NCBI GenBank assembly: GCA_050246755.1
Contig: JBFWVL010000001.1
Span: 1,760,001 to 1,824,000 of the forward strand
Direction: 5' to 3'
Length of the DNA stretch: 64,000 bases
Source: Bacteriovoracia bacterium
GTDB lineage: Bacteria; Bdellovibrionota; UBA1018; CAIPTA01
Below are positions 9,011 to 18,732 of this stretch, piece after piece. Position 1 is the first letter of the stretch; every line of letters begins with the position of its first letter. The translations under genes were made by a program, and so were the position numbers. Below the pieces are notes generated by a model that was not told where the DNA came from, did no database searches, and worked only from the letters and a program-made list of their open reading frames with translations.

Positions 9011-9777
9011 TCCGGTTTCTTATGGTTTTTTTCCTCAGCGTTTCCGCCATCGCCGCTTCGGGCCCTAAGGGCAAAGCTCCGGCTAAAGGAGAAGGTGTGA
9101 ATGCGCTCGAGCTTCTTAAGGTGAGTGACCGCGCACGCGGAGCCGCCGCCGCGCTCCAGGGCGTGAGCTGGACTTCCCAGGTGAAATCCGTGGAGGCCGA
9201 TGAGGAAAGCAGCGTAACCTACGCGATCAAGATCCGTGGGAACGACGCGCTCGCCGAAGCCATCGATCCTCCCCGCCAGAAAGGAGAGCTCGCGCTCTTC
9301 AACGACCGCACACTCTGGTTTTTTAAGCCGGGCCTGAAGAAACCCATTAGCATTTCTCTACGCCAGAAGCTCATGGGCCAGGCGGCAAACGGCGATATCG
9401 CTTCCACGCAGTACGCCCGCGACTACGAACCCGTTTCCACGAAGCAGGAAACCATCAACGGACACCTGGTTTGGCTCCTCGATCTCAAGGCGAAAGCCAA
9501 GAACGTGACCTACGACCGCATCCGTTACTGGATCACCGATAAAGAGAAGCTCGCCGTGAAAGCGGAGTTCCTCACCGTTTCTGGCCAGGTTTTTAAGATC
9601 GCGGAATTCAAGTATGGAAACACGATCGTGCTCAAAGGCACCAAGTTTCCTTTCGTGGGCGAGATGAAGATTCGCGACGCGAATAATCCCAAGAACGTGA
9701 CCACCATCACTTATAGAAATCCCCGGGAAGAAGCGCATGCTCCGAGCCTTTTCAACGTGAACAACTTGGTAAAGTAA
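9007..9777 (+). CDS. LolA-like outer-membrane lipoprotein-sorting family protein
   Basis: Signal peptide and motifs LWFFKPG..ISLRQKLMGQAANGDIA and TYDRI; lies between two permeases. Confidence 0.8.
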   Translation: MIRFLMVFFLSVSAIAASGPKGKAPAKGEGVNALELLKVSDRARGAAAALQGVSWTSQVKSVEADEESSVTYAIKIRGNDALAEAIDPPRQKGELALFNDRTLWFFKPGLKKPISISLRQKLMGQAANGDIASTQYARDYEPVSTKQETINGHLVWLLDLKAKAKNVTYDRIRYWITDKEKLAVKAEFLTVSGQVFKIAEFKYGNTIVLKGTKFPFVGEMKIRDANNPKNVTTITYRNPREEAHAPSLFNVNNLVK

Positions 9778-9779
9778 GA

Positions 9780-11105
9780 ATGTATACCTCGCGGAAACTA
9801 TTGATGCTCAAGCTGGCATCGAGAAATATCTTCCTGAACTGGCGCCATAGCTTGGCCACCGTGCTTGCGATCATGGCGGGCTTTACCTCCGTGGCGCTGC
9901 TGGACGGATTTATTTCCGCGATCAACGAAGTTTCTCAGGATGGCACCGTGAACAAGGGAATGACCGGGCATTTCTTGCTGGAAAAGCGCGGAGCCAAAGA
10001 TCATCTCTTCGAAGATCCTTGGCTCTATTCGCTGAGCAAAGAAGAGCAGGATAAAGTTTCGGGATGGCTTGAAGGTGATAAGCGCGTGAAAGCTTCGATG
10101 CGCTACCTCACGCTCAGTGGTCTCATTTCCAATGGGAAGAACTCGGCGATCTTCATTGGCGCCGGCATCGACGAAGCGCGCGGCCTGAAATTCCGCGGGG
10201 ATAAGTGGGCCTGGAATACCGTGGCCGGGAAACCTTTCTACCTCGATAATTCCGGATTCCAGATGGGCGTGGGTATGGCCACCCGGATGGACTGCAAGTT
10301 CAGCGAAAAGTACGACCTCAATAAAGACGGCTCCTATAAGGCCGAAGAGAGGCCGCTGGAATGCGCGAATCCCGTATTTCAAATTTCCGCTACCACGGAG
10401 CATGCTCAAGTGAACGCGCTCACGTTGAGCCCCACGGGCCTCGTGGATCTGCATATCCGAGAATACAACGATAAGATCATCTACTTGCCCCTCACGGCGG
10501 CCCAACAGCTCCTCGATACCGACCGGATCACTCGGTTCTCGGTACTGCTCAACGATGAAGGCACACGAAACGCCTTTGTTCGCGATTACGAAGAGAAAAT
10601 TAGGGCCTCGGGACTGGATCTTGAGGTCGTGCACTGGCTCGATCACCCCGTGGGCTCGGCTTCCAAAGGCGGGATGGCAGTGTTGAACATGTTCCGTTGG
10701 CTCTTCCTCACGATCGTGGCGGTGGTGGCCGTGATGTCGGTGGCTAATTCGCTGATGAAGAGCATCAACGAGCGGATCCGGGAGATCGGTACCCTGCGCA
10801 GCTATGGCTTCCGGCGTACCGATATCGTTCTTCTATTTTCGTTTGAAGGTCTGCTGCTGGGGTTCTTCGCCTGCCTGTTGGGAATAATCCTGAGTTCCGC
10901 CCTGGCTTTTGCGATTTCCAATGGAGGAATGACGTTCAATGCCGGCGTGATGAGCACGCCGCTGGCCATCAAGATCGATCTCGCGCTGGGCGTATGGGCA
11001 GGTTCTTCCTTCGTGCTGTGCCTGGTAACGTTCCTGGCTTCCTGGATTGTTTCCCGCCGGGCGGCGAAGATGACGATCGCCGATGCCTTACGGCATATCG
11101 CCTAA
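9780..11105 (+). CDS. ABC transporter permease, FtsX/LolC-E/MacB family
   Basis: RNIFLNWR plus TM, ERIREIGTLRSYGF, and C-terminal IADALRH. Confidence 0.9.
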   Translation: MYTSRKLLMLKLASRNIFLNWRHSLATVLAIMAGFTSVALLDGFISAINEVSQDGTVNKGMTGHFLLEKRGAKDHLFEDPWLYSLSKEEQDKVSGWLEGDKRVKASMRYLTLSGLISNGKNSAIFIGAGIDEARGLKFRGDKWAWNTVAGKPFYLDNSGFQMGVGMATRMDCKFSEKYDLNKDGSYKAEERPLECANPVFQISATTEHAQVNALTLSPTGLVDLHIREYNDKIIYLPLTAAQQLLDTDRITRFSVLLNDEGTRNAFVRDYEEKIRASGLDLEVVHWLDHPVGSASKGGMAVLNMFRWLFLTIVAVVAVMSVANSLMKSINERIREIGTLRSYGFRRTDIVLLFSFEGLLLGFFACLLGIILSSALAFAISNGGMTFNAGVMSTPLAIKIDLALGVWAGSSFVLCLVTFLASWIVSRRAAKMTIADALRHIA

Positions 11106-12016
11106 GCCAACCACCTCTTGCGCTTGAGCCAGAAGAAGATACATAGCTCGATCACGAGCATGGCACTAAGCGCGCCGGGATAGCCCCATTTTGTGTTTAG
11201 CTCCGGCATATGCGCGAAGTTCATCCCGTAGATACCGGTCACCAGATTTAGCGGTAAAACGAAGATGCTCACCAGGGTCAAGAGCCGCACCACGTCGCTC
11301 GTGCGGTTCGCGCTCAACGAAATCGAGAGCTGCACCAGGTCGGTGGTGGTTTCCACGAGATCGTCGGAATAAAAAAATAAACGATCGGCTTCTTCCTTCA
11401 ACGTTTGAATCGCCGCCGAATTGGGCTCGCCCAGTTTTGATACCGAAGGGAGGAGGTCGCGCGTGAGGCGGAGCATGCGCTTAAAGAGCGTGGCCCGTTT
11501 TTTCACGATCAGCGCGGTTTCAAGGATGGGGGCCGGGGCCGATGTGGACGAGTCGCGGAAGATGGCGTCTTCGAGCTCATCGAGAACCACGTTAGCGTGG
11601 TCGATCGGGGCATCGTAAGTGAAAAGGCATTCCTCCACGATATCGTGAAGCACGCTCGCAAGCTTGGGCGGTTCCCGGTTCGCGCTCTTTTCCCAAGCTA
11701 CGCGCACGCCCTCCAGCCAGGGAAGCTGTGCCCGGTGCACTGAAATCAAAAAGTTCTCGCCCCAGAAGAGCGCTACCTTGCGGGTGGTTTCCTGCACGCC
11801 GGTGGCCTGGCCGGGAGACTTTTCGTCGAAGGCCCGGAGCATGAGCAAGCCCCCGTTCGGCGTGCGCTGGAATTTGGGCAATAGATCGGGATCAAGGCAG
11901 TCGCGGAGAGGGGATTCAGGAAGACCGTACCTGGCGGCGAGTGCCGTAAGCTCACCGGGACTTGGCTCGTAGACATCGAGCCAATGGGAAGAGCCGAATT
12001 CGAGTTTGCGTTCCAT
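11102..12016 (-). CDS. corA: CorA-family Mg2+/Co2+ transporter
   Basis: C-terminal two TMs with YGMNF...MPEL signature. Confidence 0.9.
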   Translation of the reverse strand: MERKLEFGSSHWLDVYEPSPGELTALAARYGLPESPLRDCLDPDLLPKFQRTPNGGLLMLRAFDEKSPGQATGVQETTRKVALFWGENFLISVHRAQLPWLEGVRVAWEKSANREPPKLASVLHDIVEECLFTYDAPIDHANVVLDELEDAIFRDSSTSAPAPILETALIVKKRATLFKRMLRLTRDLLPSVSKLGEPNSAAIQTLKEEADRLFFYSDDLVETTTDLVQLSISLSANRTSDVVRLLTLVSIFVLPLNLVTGIYGMNFAHMPELNTKWGYPGALSAMLVIELCIFFWLKRKRWLA

Positions 12017-12025
12017 TCCCTTTTT

Positions 12026-12352
12026 CTAAAGCGCTTCGTATTCTCTTACGAGTACTTTCTTCTCGTTGATCGACCATTCTTCGCCGCTTCCATGCTTGGC
12101 GGTGCCGATGAAGGACTGGCCATCGCCTCCTATGCGGAGCTCGAGCTTCCATTCGTTGCATTGGTCGCCCTGGGAAGTGAATCCAATCTGATCCAAAGAA
12201 TTCGAGTAGGCATTGTATTCCGCATGGTAAGCGGCTTCTCCGCCGTAGATCGCGGCGAGGGAAGTTTTTGCGCAGTAAGGGTCTAGTGGCTTCTTTTCGG
12301 CGGCGAGGGCGCATACCGGAACCAAGAGCAGAAAAAGGGCGATTTTTCTCAT
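12026..12352 (-). CDS. Secreted type IV pilin head-like protein lacking the prepilin N-terminus
   Basis: Sec-type signal, then AKTSLAAIYGGEAAYHAEYNAYS..IGF and C-terminal WSINEKK, resembling the delta-proteobacterial PilA alpha1-C/head. SD AGGAG upstream. Confidence 0.6.
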   Translation of the reverse strand: MRKIALFLLLVPVCALAAEKKPLDPYCAKTSLAAIYGGEAAYHAEYNAYSNSLDQIGFTSQGDQCNEWKLELRIGGDGQSFIGTAKHGSGEEWSINEKKVLVREYEAL

Positions 12353-12409
12353 AAGCACTCCTATTTAAATAATAGCAAGGGCTCTAGTTGTGCGCCTAGG
12401 TGGCAATAC

Positions 12410-12964
12410 CTACAGTTTCGGCAGGGTGAGTCCCGGTTGATTCATGTACTTGCCGCTTTTGTCTTTATAGCTGGTTTGGCACGGTTCATCGCTCTCGAAA
12501 AAGAGGAGCTGGGCGATGCCTTCGTTGGAATATACCTTCGCGGGCAGCTGAGTGGTATTCGAGATCTCCAGCGTGAGGATGCCCTCCCACTCGGGCTCGA
12601 GGGGGGTAACATTCACGATTAATCCGCAGCGCGCGTAGGTGCTTTTTCCCACGCATACGGCCAATACGTTGCGAGGGATGCGGAAATGCTCCACGGTGGC
12701 CGCCAGGGCGAAGCTATTGGGCGGGATGATGCAATGGTCGGCGTTGATCGTCACGAAATTGCGATTATCGAAATTCTTAGGATCCACGAGAGTGGAGTTC
12801 ACGTTCGTGAAGATCTTATACTCGGTGCCCACGCGGATATCGTAGCCGTAGCTCGAAACGCCGTAGGAGATCTGGCCCTTACGAACTTGTTTCTCTTCGT
12901 AGGGCTCGATCATCTTATGTTCCCGGCACATGCGGGTGATCCACTTATCGCTCTTGATGCTCAT
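12410..12964 (-). CDS. dcd: dCTP deaminase
   Basis: [35 protein letters not shown], and GKY..Q motifs. Start moved to ATG 12964. Confidence 0.97.
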   Translation of the reverse strand: MSIKSDKWITRMCREHKMIEPYEEKQVRKGQISYGVSSYGYDIRVGTEYKIFTNVNSTLVDPKNFDNRNFVTINADHCIIPPNSFALAATVEHFRIPRNVLAVCVGKSTYARCGLIVNVTPLEPEWEGILTLEISNTTQLPAKVYSNEGIAQLLFFESDEPCQTSYKDKSGKYMNQPGLTLPKL

Positions 12965-13173
12965 TATTTCTTTTTCTTGTTCTGCCAGAAGCCTTTGGGA
13001 AAATAGTCGCTGTGGGTGGAGATGAAACGGCGCATGGCCGTGTTCACGAGTTCTCCCTCGGGAATCTTCATGTTGTCGCTCATCACCTTTAGGCATTCGG
13101 CAACTTCGGCCTCCACGGGCACGGAGATCGACGAATCGAGCTTGAATGGTTCGCGGTATGGATTTTGTGGCAT
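12964..13173 (-). CDS. Small protein, possible ribbon-helix-helix DNA-binding protein
   Basis: 69 aa with a beta-strand (SISVPV) and two helices; stop overlaps the dcd start (TAATG); SD AGGGGG. Confidence 0.5.
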   Translation of the reverse strand: MPQNPYREPFKLDSSISVPVEAEVAECLKVMSDNMKIPEGELVNTAMRRFISTHSDYFPKGFWQNKKKK

Positions 13174-13219
13174 GTTCTGTCCCCCTGATTCGAGGGACAG
13201 ATTACTGTGGACTAGGGGA

Positions 13220-14002
13220 TTATTCCAGCACTACGGCCAGTTTGCGCGTGCTCTGAGCGGCGGCGGTTAACGCGGCCACGCTGGCGGAGTCTTCGGCTCC
13301 GCGGCGTATTTCGAGGTAGCCTTTATCTTCAGAAGGAAAGCCGAGGGAAATCTTCAGGTCCATCTCGAGCACTTTCACTTCTTCGGCGCCATTGTGCGTG
13401 GCGGCATCATCGGAAATCACGGCGAAAGAGCGGGCCCGCAGTTCTTTTAGCTCGGCCAAGAGGTGGTTATACAAAGCCTTGCGCGCGTTATTCTCGAAGT
13501 TTGCTTGAAGGTAATCGTTGAGGGCGATGCGCACGAAGCCTTCCCGCCATAGGGCCTGCTGCTGGTCCACGCTGAGGTTCACGGCGAATAGGGCTGCGCG
13601 TTTTTTAGCGGTCTGGCCACCCATGATTTTTTTGCGGCTATTGAAGCGAAGTTTTACTTCTTCTTCGCGCACGTTGCGTTCCGCCTGCAGGGCGGGAGCC
13701 GCAGTGAGGGCGAAGTCGGATTCGGAAATGATCGAGAGTCTCTCGCTGGAAAGGAGGTTCATCGAGCCGGAGATGGCGTTCTCGCGGAGTAGTTCCTCGT
13801 TATTGCCAAAGCCGATACGGGTGGGCTGGGCGCGAGGGCCGATTTCTTTTTCGGTGGAGGGAGCCAGCGGCGAACAGCGGCTGAGTACTAGCATGAGGCT
13901 AACGAGGGCCATGAATTGCAGCACTGGCTGCACGAGGTAGAAGGTGTGCAGGAAGCGCTTAGGGAGGGTGGCTTTGGGCGCTTTGGATTTTTTGGCTGGC
14001 AT
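13220..14002 (-). CDS. Hypothetical membrane-anchored/exported protein
   Basis: AGGAGA SD before ATG 14002; one hydrophobic segment followed by Cys (VLSRC). Confidence 0.6.
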   Translation of the reverse strand: MPAKKSKAPKATLPKRFLHTFYLVQPVLQFMALVSLMLVLSRCSPLAPSTEKEIGPRAQPTRIGFGNNEELLRENAISGSMNLLSSERLSIISESDFALTAAPALQAERNVREEEVKLRFNSRKKIMGGQTAKKRAALFAVNLSVDQQQALWREGFVRIALNDYLQANFENNARKALYNHLLAELKELRARSFAVISDDAATHNGAEEVKVLEMDLKISLGFPSEDKGYLEIRRGAEDSASVAALTAAAQSTRKLAVVLE

Positions 14003-14026
14003 AGAGGTATCTCCTGCAGGGGCAAT

Positions 14027-14043
14027 TGCAGGGGCTGTGCCGA
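14027..14043 (-). promoter_or_regulatory. sigma54 (-24/-12) promoter
   Basis: Minus strand TCGGCACAGCCCCTGCA has GG-N10-GC spacing; AT-rich tracts upstream (14060-14115). Confidence 0.6.
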
Positions 14044-14226
14044 GTTTCCCTTGGGACAATGCTTTGAATTTACTGATCTTTTTTGATTTTTCCGTCAATT
14101 TTCTGATCAGCTTTTGGACGGCTGTACACAGAATAGACGGACTCGGGGCAGAGGTTTTCTGGAGAGGTAGGCCTGGACAGCAAAGGAGGGCTCAACCCCA
14201 TAAGTTATTGAATTTATGAGGTTAAA

Positions 14227-16020
14227 TCAAGGCTTCACTTGGCGGGCGTTAGATGAATCGAAGCTCCAATAATACATCCGGCCCATCTCGTCTTCCCGCT
14301 GGTCCTGGCCCCACCGGACTTCCTTGGAAGAATCCACGCGCGTGGGATTCGCCGGGGAATTATCGTACTCGAATTCCACGCGTAGCCTCGAGCCCGCACT
14401 CACCGCGAGTGGCTTTTTATAGATCTGCGCGAGCTTATTTTTCAGCAGAAAGCGCGGCAAATTGCAGAGCGGCCGCAGTTTTCCGTCTCGCGAAATTTCC
14501 GAAAACTTCACTGATTTTCCCCGGGCGTGCATGTGAAAGCCGGTGGCGAGAATCTGAATATTTTTTTCCACCGTTTTTTCGGCGGCGGCCCAGGTGGACT
14601 CTGAGCCCGGCGGAATCCGCAGTTCTGCTAGCCAGATATTATTAAACTTCAATTCTCTCGGTGGCACGGAATCCGAGTATTTCTCTAGCGAAACTTTCAC
14701 GAATTCGGTTTCAGGTTTTCCCGTGGGGGTGAAGTGAAGCTCCAGGTAAACTCGGGAGCCCTTCGGAATTCTAAAGGCCAGGCCATTCTTCAGCTTATAC
14801 GGCCGCGGAACCGAAATGGTTCCCCAAAGCATCCCGCTCACGTTCTCGGGATCGGCCCATTCGGGCTCGAAGATATTTTGGGAAATATCGACAGGCTTCT
14901 GGGTATAGAAAATATTTACGTGATTGAGAACGGCTGGATTAGTGAACTCGAAATGATAGCCCGAGATCCACATTTCCTCCGCGGTTTCGGCGATGAGCTG
15001 TTCGTAGTGCCAGGGGAAGGAATCATCGGCTTTGATCTTCACCGGCGCTTTCATCTGCAGCACTAAATCGGGCCGGATGCTCGGGTAGTGGAATACTTCT
15101 TTTTTCTCTTTTACCGGCGGGCCCTCCGGATAGCCGGAATCCACCCAGGCGAAGATCGTGCGTTTTTCCTCGGCGGTGAGCGCCACGCTTTGCCCGAGAT
15201 CACATACGGTTTCATCGGCCTCCCAGGGAGGCATCCGCTCGGCACGGATCACTTCCCGGAGCATCCTTCCCCAGCCGCGTAGGTCGCGGTAGTGAATGAT
15301 ATTGGTGGGCGCCACTTTCTGGTTTACGTGGCAGGTATAGCATTTTGCTTCGAGGATAGGGCGCACGTGCTGGGTATACGTTACCGCGGGCGCCTTCAAG
15401 TATTCGATCGCGCAGCCGAGGGCGGGGATATTGGGATGGCTGATCGCCCGGCCGGCGAGAAACTGATCGGCGGCCCTTTCGAAATAATTTTCCGCGGCCT
15501 GGGGCTTGGAACTTCCGTAGCCGAAGCGATCGTCGATGGCGCCGCGGTAGAGGATGTTCCTCGATTTCGGCTCTACCAAAATAACCTCGCCGGTTCTTTC
15601 CACGTTCAGCCCGCGGAGCACGTCTTGGGTTTCGTCGAGGAGGATGGGGATTTTTATCCCGAATTCTTTGGCCTCGGCTTGCAGCGAGGCCCGGGTGTCC
15701 TGGGGGTTTGCGTCCACGAAGAAGAAGCGAATTCCCTTGGCGCTATACTTTTCGCGGAGCTGCTCGAGCTTCGGAAGCATTTTCCTCACGATGGGGCAGC
15801 CCACGCCGTAGGAGATCAGCGCCACCGCTTTGGCCGTGGTTTGGCGGGAAAATTCCATCATCGTGGCGTTCTGATCGAGGAGGGCGAAGTCCTCGATGCG
15901 GGTGCCTTCCGTAACTATTGGGACAGGGGAAGGGCTTCGGTAGCGGGCTGAGAAAAAGAAAATTCCCGCTCCCGCGGCCACCGCGCAAAGAAAGAGCAGA
16001 ATTTTATTTTTCGTGCTCAT
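14227..16020 (-). CDS. Redoxin + cytochrome c + copper type II monooxygenase-like multidomain protein
   Basis: N-terminal TM; AhpC/TSA-like GCPIV...YRGAIDD..GCAI; CYTCH heme motif; MPPW; HMHARG and DEM copper-monooxygenase-like motifs. Confidence 0.75.
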   Translation of the reverse strand: MSTKNKILLFLCAVAAGAGIFFFSARYRSPSPVPIVTEGTRIEDFALLDQNATMMEFSRQTTAKAVALISYGVGCPIVRKMLPKLEQLREKYSAKGIRFFFVDANPQDTRASLQAEAKEFGIKIPILLDETQDVLRGLNVERTGEVILVEPKSRNILYRGAIDDRFGYGSSKPQAAENYFERAADQFLAGRAISHPNIPALGCAIEYLKAPAVTYTQHVRPILEAKCYTCHVNQKVAPTNIIHYRDLRGWGRMLREVIRAERMPPWEADETVCDLGQSVALTAEEKRTIFAWVDSGYPEGPPVKEKKEVFHYPSIRPDLVLQMKAPVKIKADDSFPWHYEQLIAETAEEMWISGYHFEFTNPAVLNHVNIFYTQKPVDISQNIFEPEWADPENVSGMLWGTISVPRPYKLKNGLAFRIPKGSRVYLELHFTPTGKPETEFVKVSLEKYSDSVPPRELKFNNIWLAELRIPPGSESTWAAAEKTVEKNIQILATGFHMHARGKSVKFSEISRDGKLRPLCNLPRFLLKNKLAQIYKKPLAVSAGSRLRVEFEYDNSPANPTRVDSSKEVRWGQDQREDEMGRMYYWSFDSSNARQVKP

Positions 16021-16661
16021 CGCGAAAAATTTACTTCTCCCGGAATCGCGTCCATGCGGCGTTTCACTTCAAGTGCAACTTCTTCGTTGGATGCGCCACT
16101 TACGATCACCGGCTCACCGTATTCCACTTCCACGCGCGCGAAAGGTTTGGGCAGGTAGGTCTTATTCCAGGAACGTGGGAATCTCCAGGCGCGGTCGGCC
16201 CGGGTGCGCAGGGGGATGATGGGCTTGCCGGTTTTACGCGCGAGCTCGATCACGCCGGGCTTCACCACGTAGATCGGGCCGCGGGGGCCATCCACGGCCA
16301 TCGCGGATTGGGATCCATCGCGCACGGCCTTGATCAAGCCGATCAGCCCGCGCGCTCCGCCCTTCGAGGAAGAGCCGCGAAATACTTGGTAGCCCAGCAG
16401 CGTGAGGGTGCGGGCCATCAGCGTTCCGTCTTTGGAAAGAGAAGAGAGCACGGCGAGGCGGCGGTAGCAGTAGTAGCCCACGAGCACCAGCTCATCCCCA
16501 TGCCAGAAAGAATAATTGCAGGATTCGCTGGGGCCTTTGCGATCCACGTAACGCGCCAACACCTCGGAAGGGCCGAACTCGCGGATGCGCCAGGTGCAGC
16601 TCAGCAGGTAATAAATCGGCGCAAGTAGTGCGGGTAGAATGGCCTGGAGGATCGCGGTCAT
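16017..16661 (-). CDS. DUF374 / lysophospholipid acyltransferase family protein
   Basis: FWHG, SLSKDG, RGSSSKGG, DGPRGP and SWNK..LPKPF motifs. Confidence 0.88.
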   Translation of the reverse strand: MTAILQAILPALLAPIYYLLSCTWRIREFGPSEVLARYVDRKGPSESCNYSFWHGDELVLVGYYCYRRLAVLSSLSKDGTLMARTLTLLGYQVFRGSSSKGGARGLIGLIKAVRDGSQSAMAVDGPRGPIYVVKPGVIELARKTGKPIIPLRTRADRAWRFPRSWNKTYLPKPFARVEVEYGEPVIVSGASNEEVALEVKRRMDAIPGEVNFSR

Positions 16662-16743
16662 TCGGGAACTATAGCAAAGGAAGACAAGCGGAACGAGCCG
16701 GCAAGCCGGTTTTACTGAAAAAACCAACGAAGCGAACCAAGCC

Positions 16744-18732
16744 TTAGCTAGTGGCGTGATCCAAAATCTCCGCCACGTCTTTCACGAGCACTTGATCCTG
16801 CTTCTCTTTGCTCTTCACGCCGTCGGTGAGCATGGTGGAGCAGAAGGGGCAGCCTGATGCGATCACTTTCGCGCCGGTGCCTAAAGCTTCCTCGGTGCGT
16901 TCGATATTGATGCGCTTGCCAATGGTTTCTTCCATGAACATGCGCGCTCCGCCGGCGCCGCAGCAGAGGCCTTTATTTTTATTGCGCGGCATTTCTTTCA
17001 CGTTCAACTCAGGAATCGCATTCAAGATCGCGCGCGGATCTTCATACACATTGTTCCAGCGGCCGAGGTAGCAGGAATCGTGGAAGGTAACTTCGCCGGA
17101 ATCCGATTTCACGGGTTTTAGTTTTCCCTCGGTAATGAGATCCGCCAAGAAAGTAGTGTGGTGAACCACGTCGTACTGCGCGCCGAAGGCGGGGTACTCG
17201 TTCTTCAGCGTATTGAAGCAGTGCGGGCAGCCGGTGAGGATTTTTTTCGGCTTGTACTTGTTCAAGGTCTCCACGTTTTCCTTGATCAGCATCTGCGCCA
17301 GGTACTCGTTGCCGGCACGGCGGGCGGGGTCGCCGTTGCATTTCTCTTCTTTGCCGAGGATGGCAAAATCCACCTTGGCTTTTTTCAGGAGGCTCACGAT
17401 CGCCGTGGCCACTTTCTTGGCGCGGTCGTCGAAGGAGCCGGCGCAGCCCACGTAGTAGAGCACTTCGGCGTTCGGGTGGTCGGCCATTTGTTTCACGTCG
17501 AGATCGCGGCACCAGTCGGCGCGGGTATCGTGGCCGAAGGCCCAAGGGGTAAAATTATTTTCGAGGTTCTTGAACACGGTTTGCATTTCGGGCGGGAAGC
17601 GGGATTCCATCAGCACGAGGCTTTTGCGCGTTTCGAAAATGAGGTTGGTTTGCTCGATATACACCGGGCAGACTTCTTCACAGGCGCGGCAGCTCGTGCA
17701 GGCCCAGAGCACATCCTCGGTGAGGCCGGAATCGGCGCGTACGGGGTGGGGAATGCCTTCATGATTTTTGGCGAGCACTAGGTCTTTTTGCTTGAGCAGT
17801 TCCACCTTGAAATCGTGCACGAGGCGCGCGGGGGAAAGGGGTTTGCCGGTGATCGCCGCGGGGCAAACCTCTTCGCAGCGCCCGCACTCGGTGCAGGCGT
17901 AGAGATCGAGGGTATTTTTCCAGGAGAGATCGGAAATTTTATTGATGCCGAAGCTGGTGGCGTTCTCGTCTTCGAGATTGGTTTTCTCCATTGCCTTGGG
18001 AACGCCGAGGTGCTTGAAGAAAATATTCGGGGCGGCGGCCAGGATGTGGAGGTGCTTCGAGTTCGGGATATAGCAGAGGAAACCCAGCACCAGGAGGAGG
18101 TGGGTCCAGTAGAACATTTCCTGGCCCACGAAGGCGGCCTCGGGACTTACTCCCGGCAGCAGGCTGGCCCATAGATGAGCGGAGATCGGGAAGAAGCTGG
18201 CGTAGAAACCGGGATCCGTGCCCACGCGGAAAGCATTCATCGCAAACAGCGAAAGCATAAGGCAGGCCGTGATGGCCAAAATGAAAAGCGCATCGGGGCC
18301 AGTGCGCAAGTAGTGGGGCTTGATCACGAGGCGGCGGAAAAAACCAAATCCTACCCCGAGCAGAACGGCGAGCGTCATCACGTCGGCCACGGTATTGTAG
18401 GTTCCGAACACGCGGTCTCCGAGAAGGCGTAGGTTCACGCCGTGGAAAATACCTTCGATCATCATTTCGGTGGTGCCGATGGTGATGATGATGAAGCCCC
18501 AGAAAATCATGGTGTGGGCGGTGCCGGGAGCTTTTTTGCGGCGTACGGATCTTTGCCCGAGAACGTCGATCAACACGTACCAGAAGCGGGCGAGGGGATG
18601 GGAGAGGCGATCGGGGCCGGGCCGGGTTACGGATTGCATCACCGTTACCAGGGATCTAGCGCAGATGGCGAAGTAGGCATTAGCGCCCACCACGGCGGCT
18701 AAAACGAGAAAAGGTTTGATCGTCCAGTACAT
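16744..18732 (-). CDS. Membrane Fe-S oxidoreductase, FadF/HdrD-like (CCG domains)
   Basis: N-terminal TMs, two CxxCxxCxxxCP clusters, and CNG/CCGAGG CCG domains. Confidence 0.92.
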   Translation of the reverse strand: MYWTIKPFLVLAAVVGANAYFAICARSLVTVMQSVTRPGPDRLSHPLARFWYVLIDVLGQRSVRRKKAPGTAHTMIFWGFIIITIGTTEMMIEGIFHGVNLRLLGDRVFGTYNTVADVMTLAVLLGVGFGFFRRLVIKPHYLRTGPDALFILAITACLMLSLFAMNAFRVGTDPGFYASFFPISAHLWASLLPGVSPEAAFVGQEMFYWTHLLLVLGFLCYIPNSKHLHILAAAPNIFFKHLGVPKAMEKTNLEDENATSFGINKISDLSWKNTLDLYACTECGRCEEVCPAAITGKPLSPARLVHDFKVELLKQKDLVLAKNHEGIPHPVRADSGLTEDVLWACTSCRACEEVCPVYIEQTNLIFETRKSLVLMESRFPPEMQTVFKNLENNFTPWAFGHDTRADWCRDLDVKQMADHPNAEVLYYVGCAGSFDDRAKKVATAIVSLLKKAKVDFAILGKEEKCNGDPARRAGNEYLAQMLIKENVETLNKYKPKKILTGCPHCFNTLKNEYPAFGAQYDVVHHTTFLADLITEGKLKPVKSDSGEVTFHDSCYLGRWNNVYEDPRAILNAIPELNVKEMPRNKNKGLCCGAGGARMFMEETIGKRINIERTEEALGTGAKVIASGCPFCSTMLTDGVKSKEKQDQVLVKDVAEILDHATS

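Noticed and set aside
12359-12409. sigma54 promoter for the pilin-like gene
   Set aside because: TTGC is present on the minus strand, but the -24 GG is missing at the required spacing.
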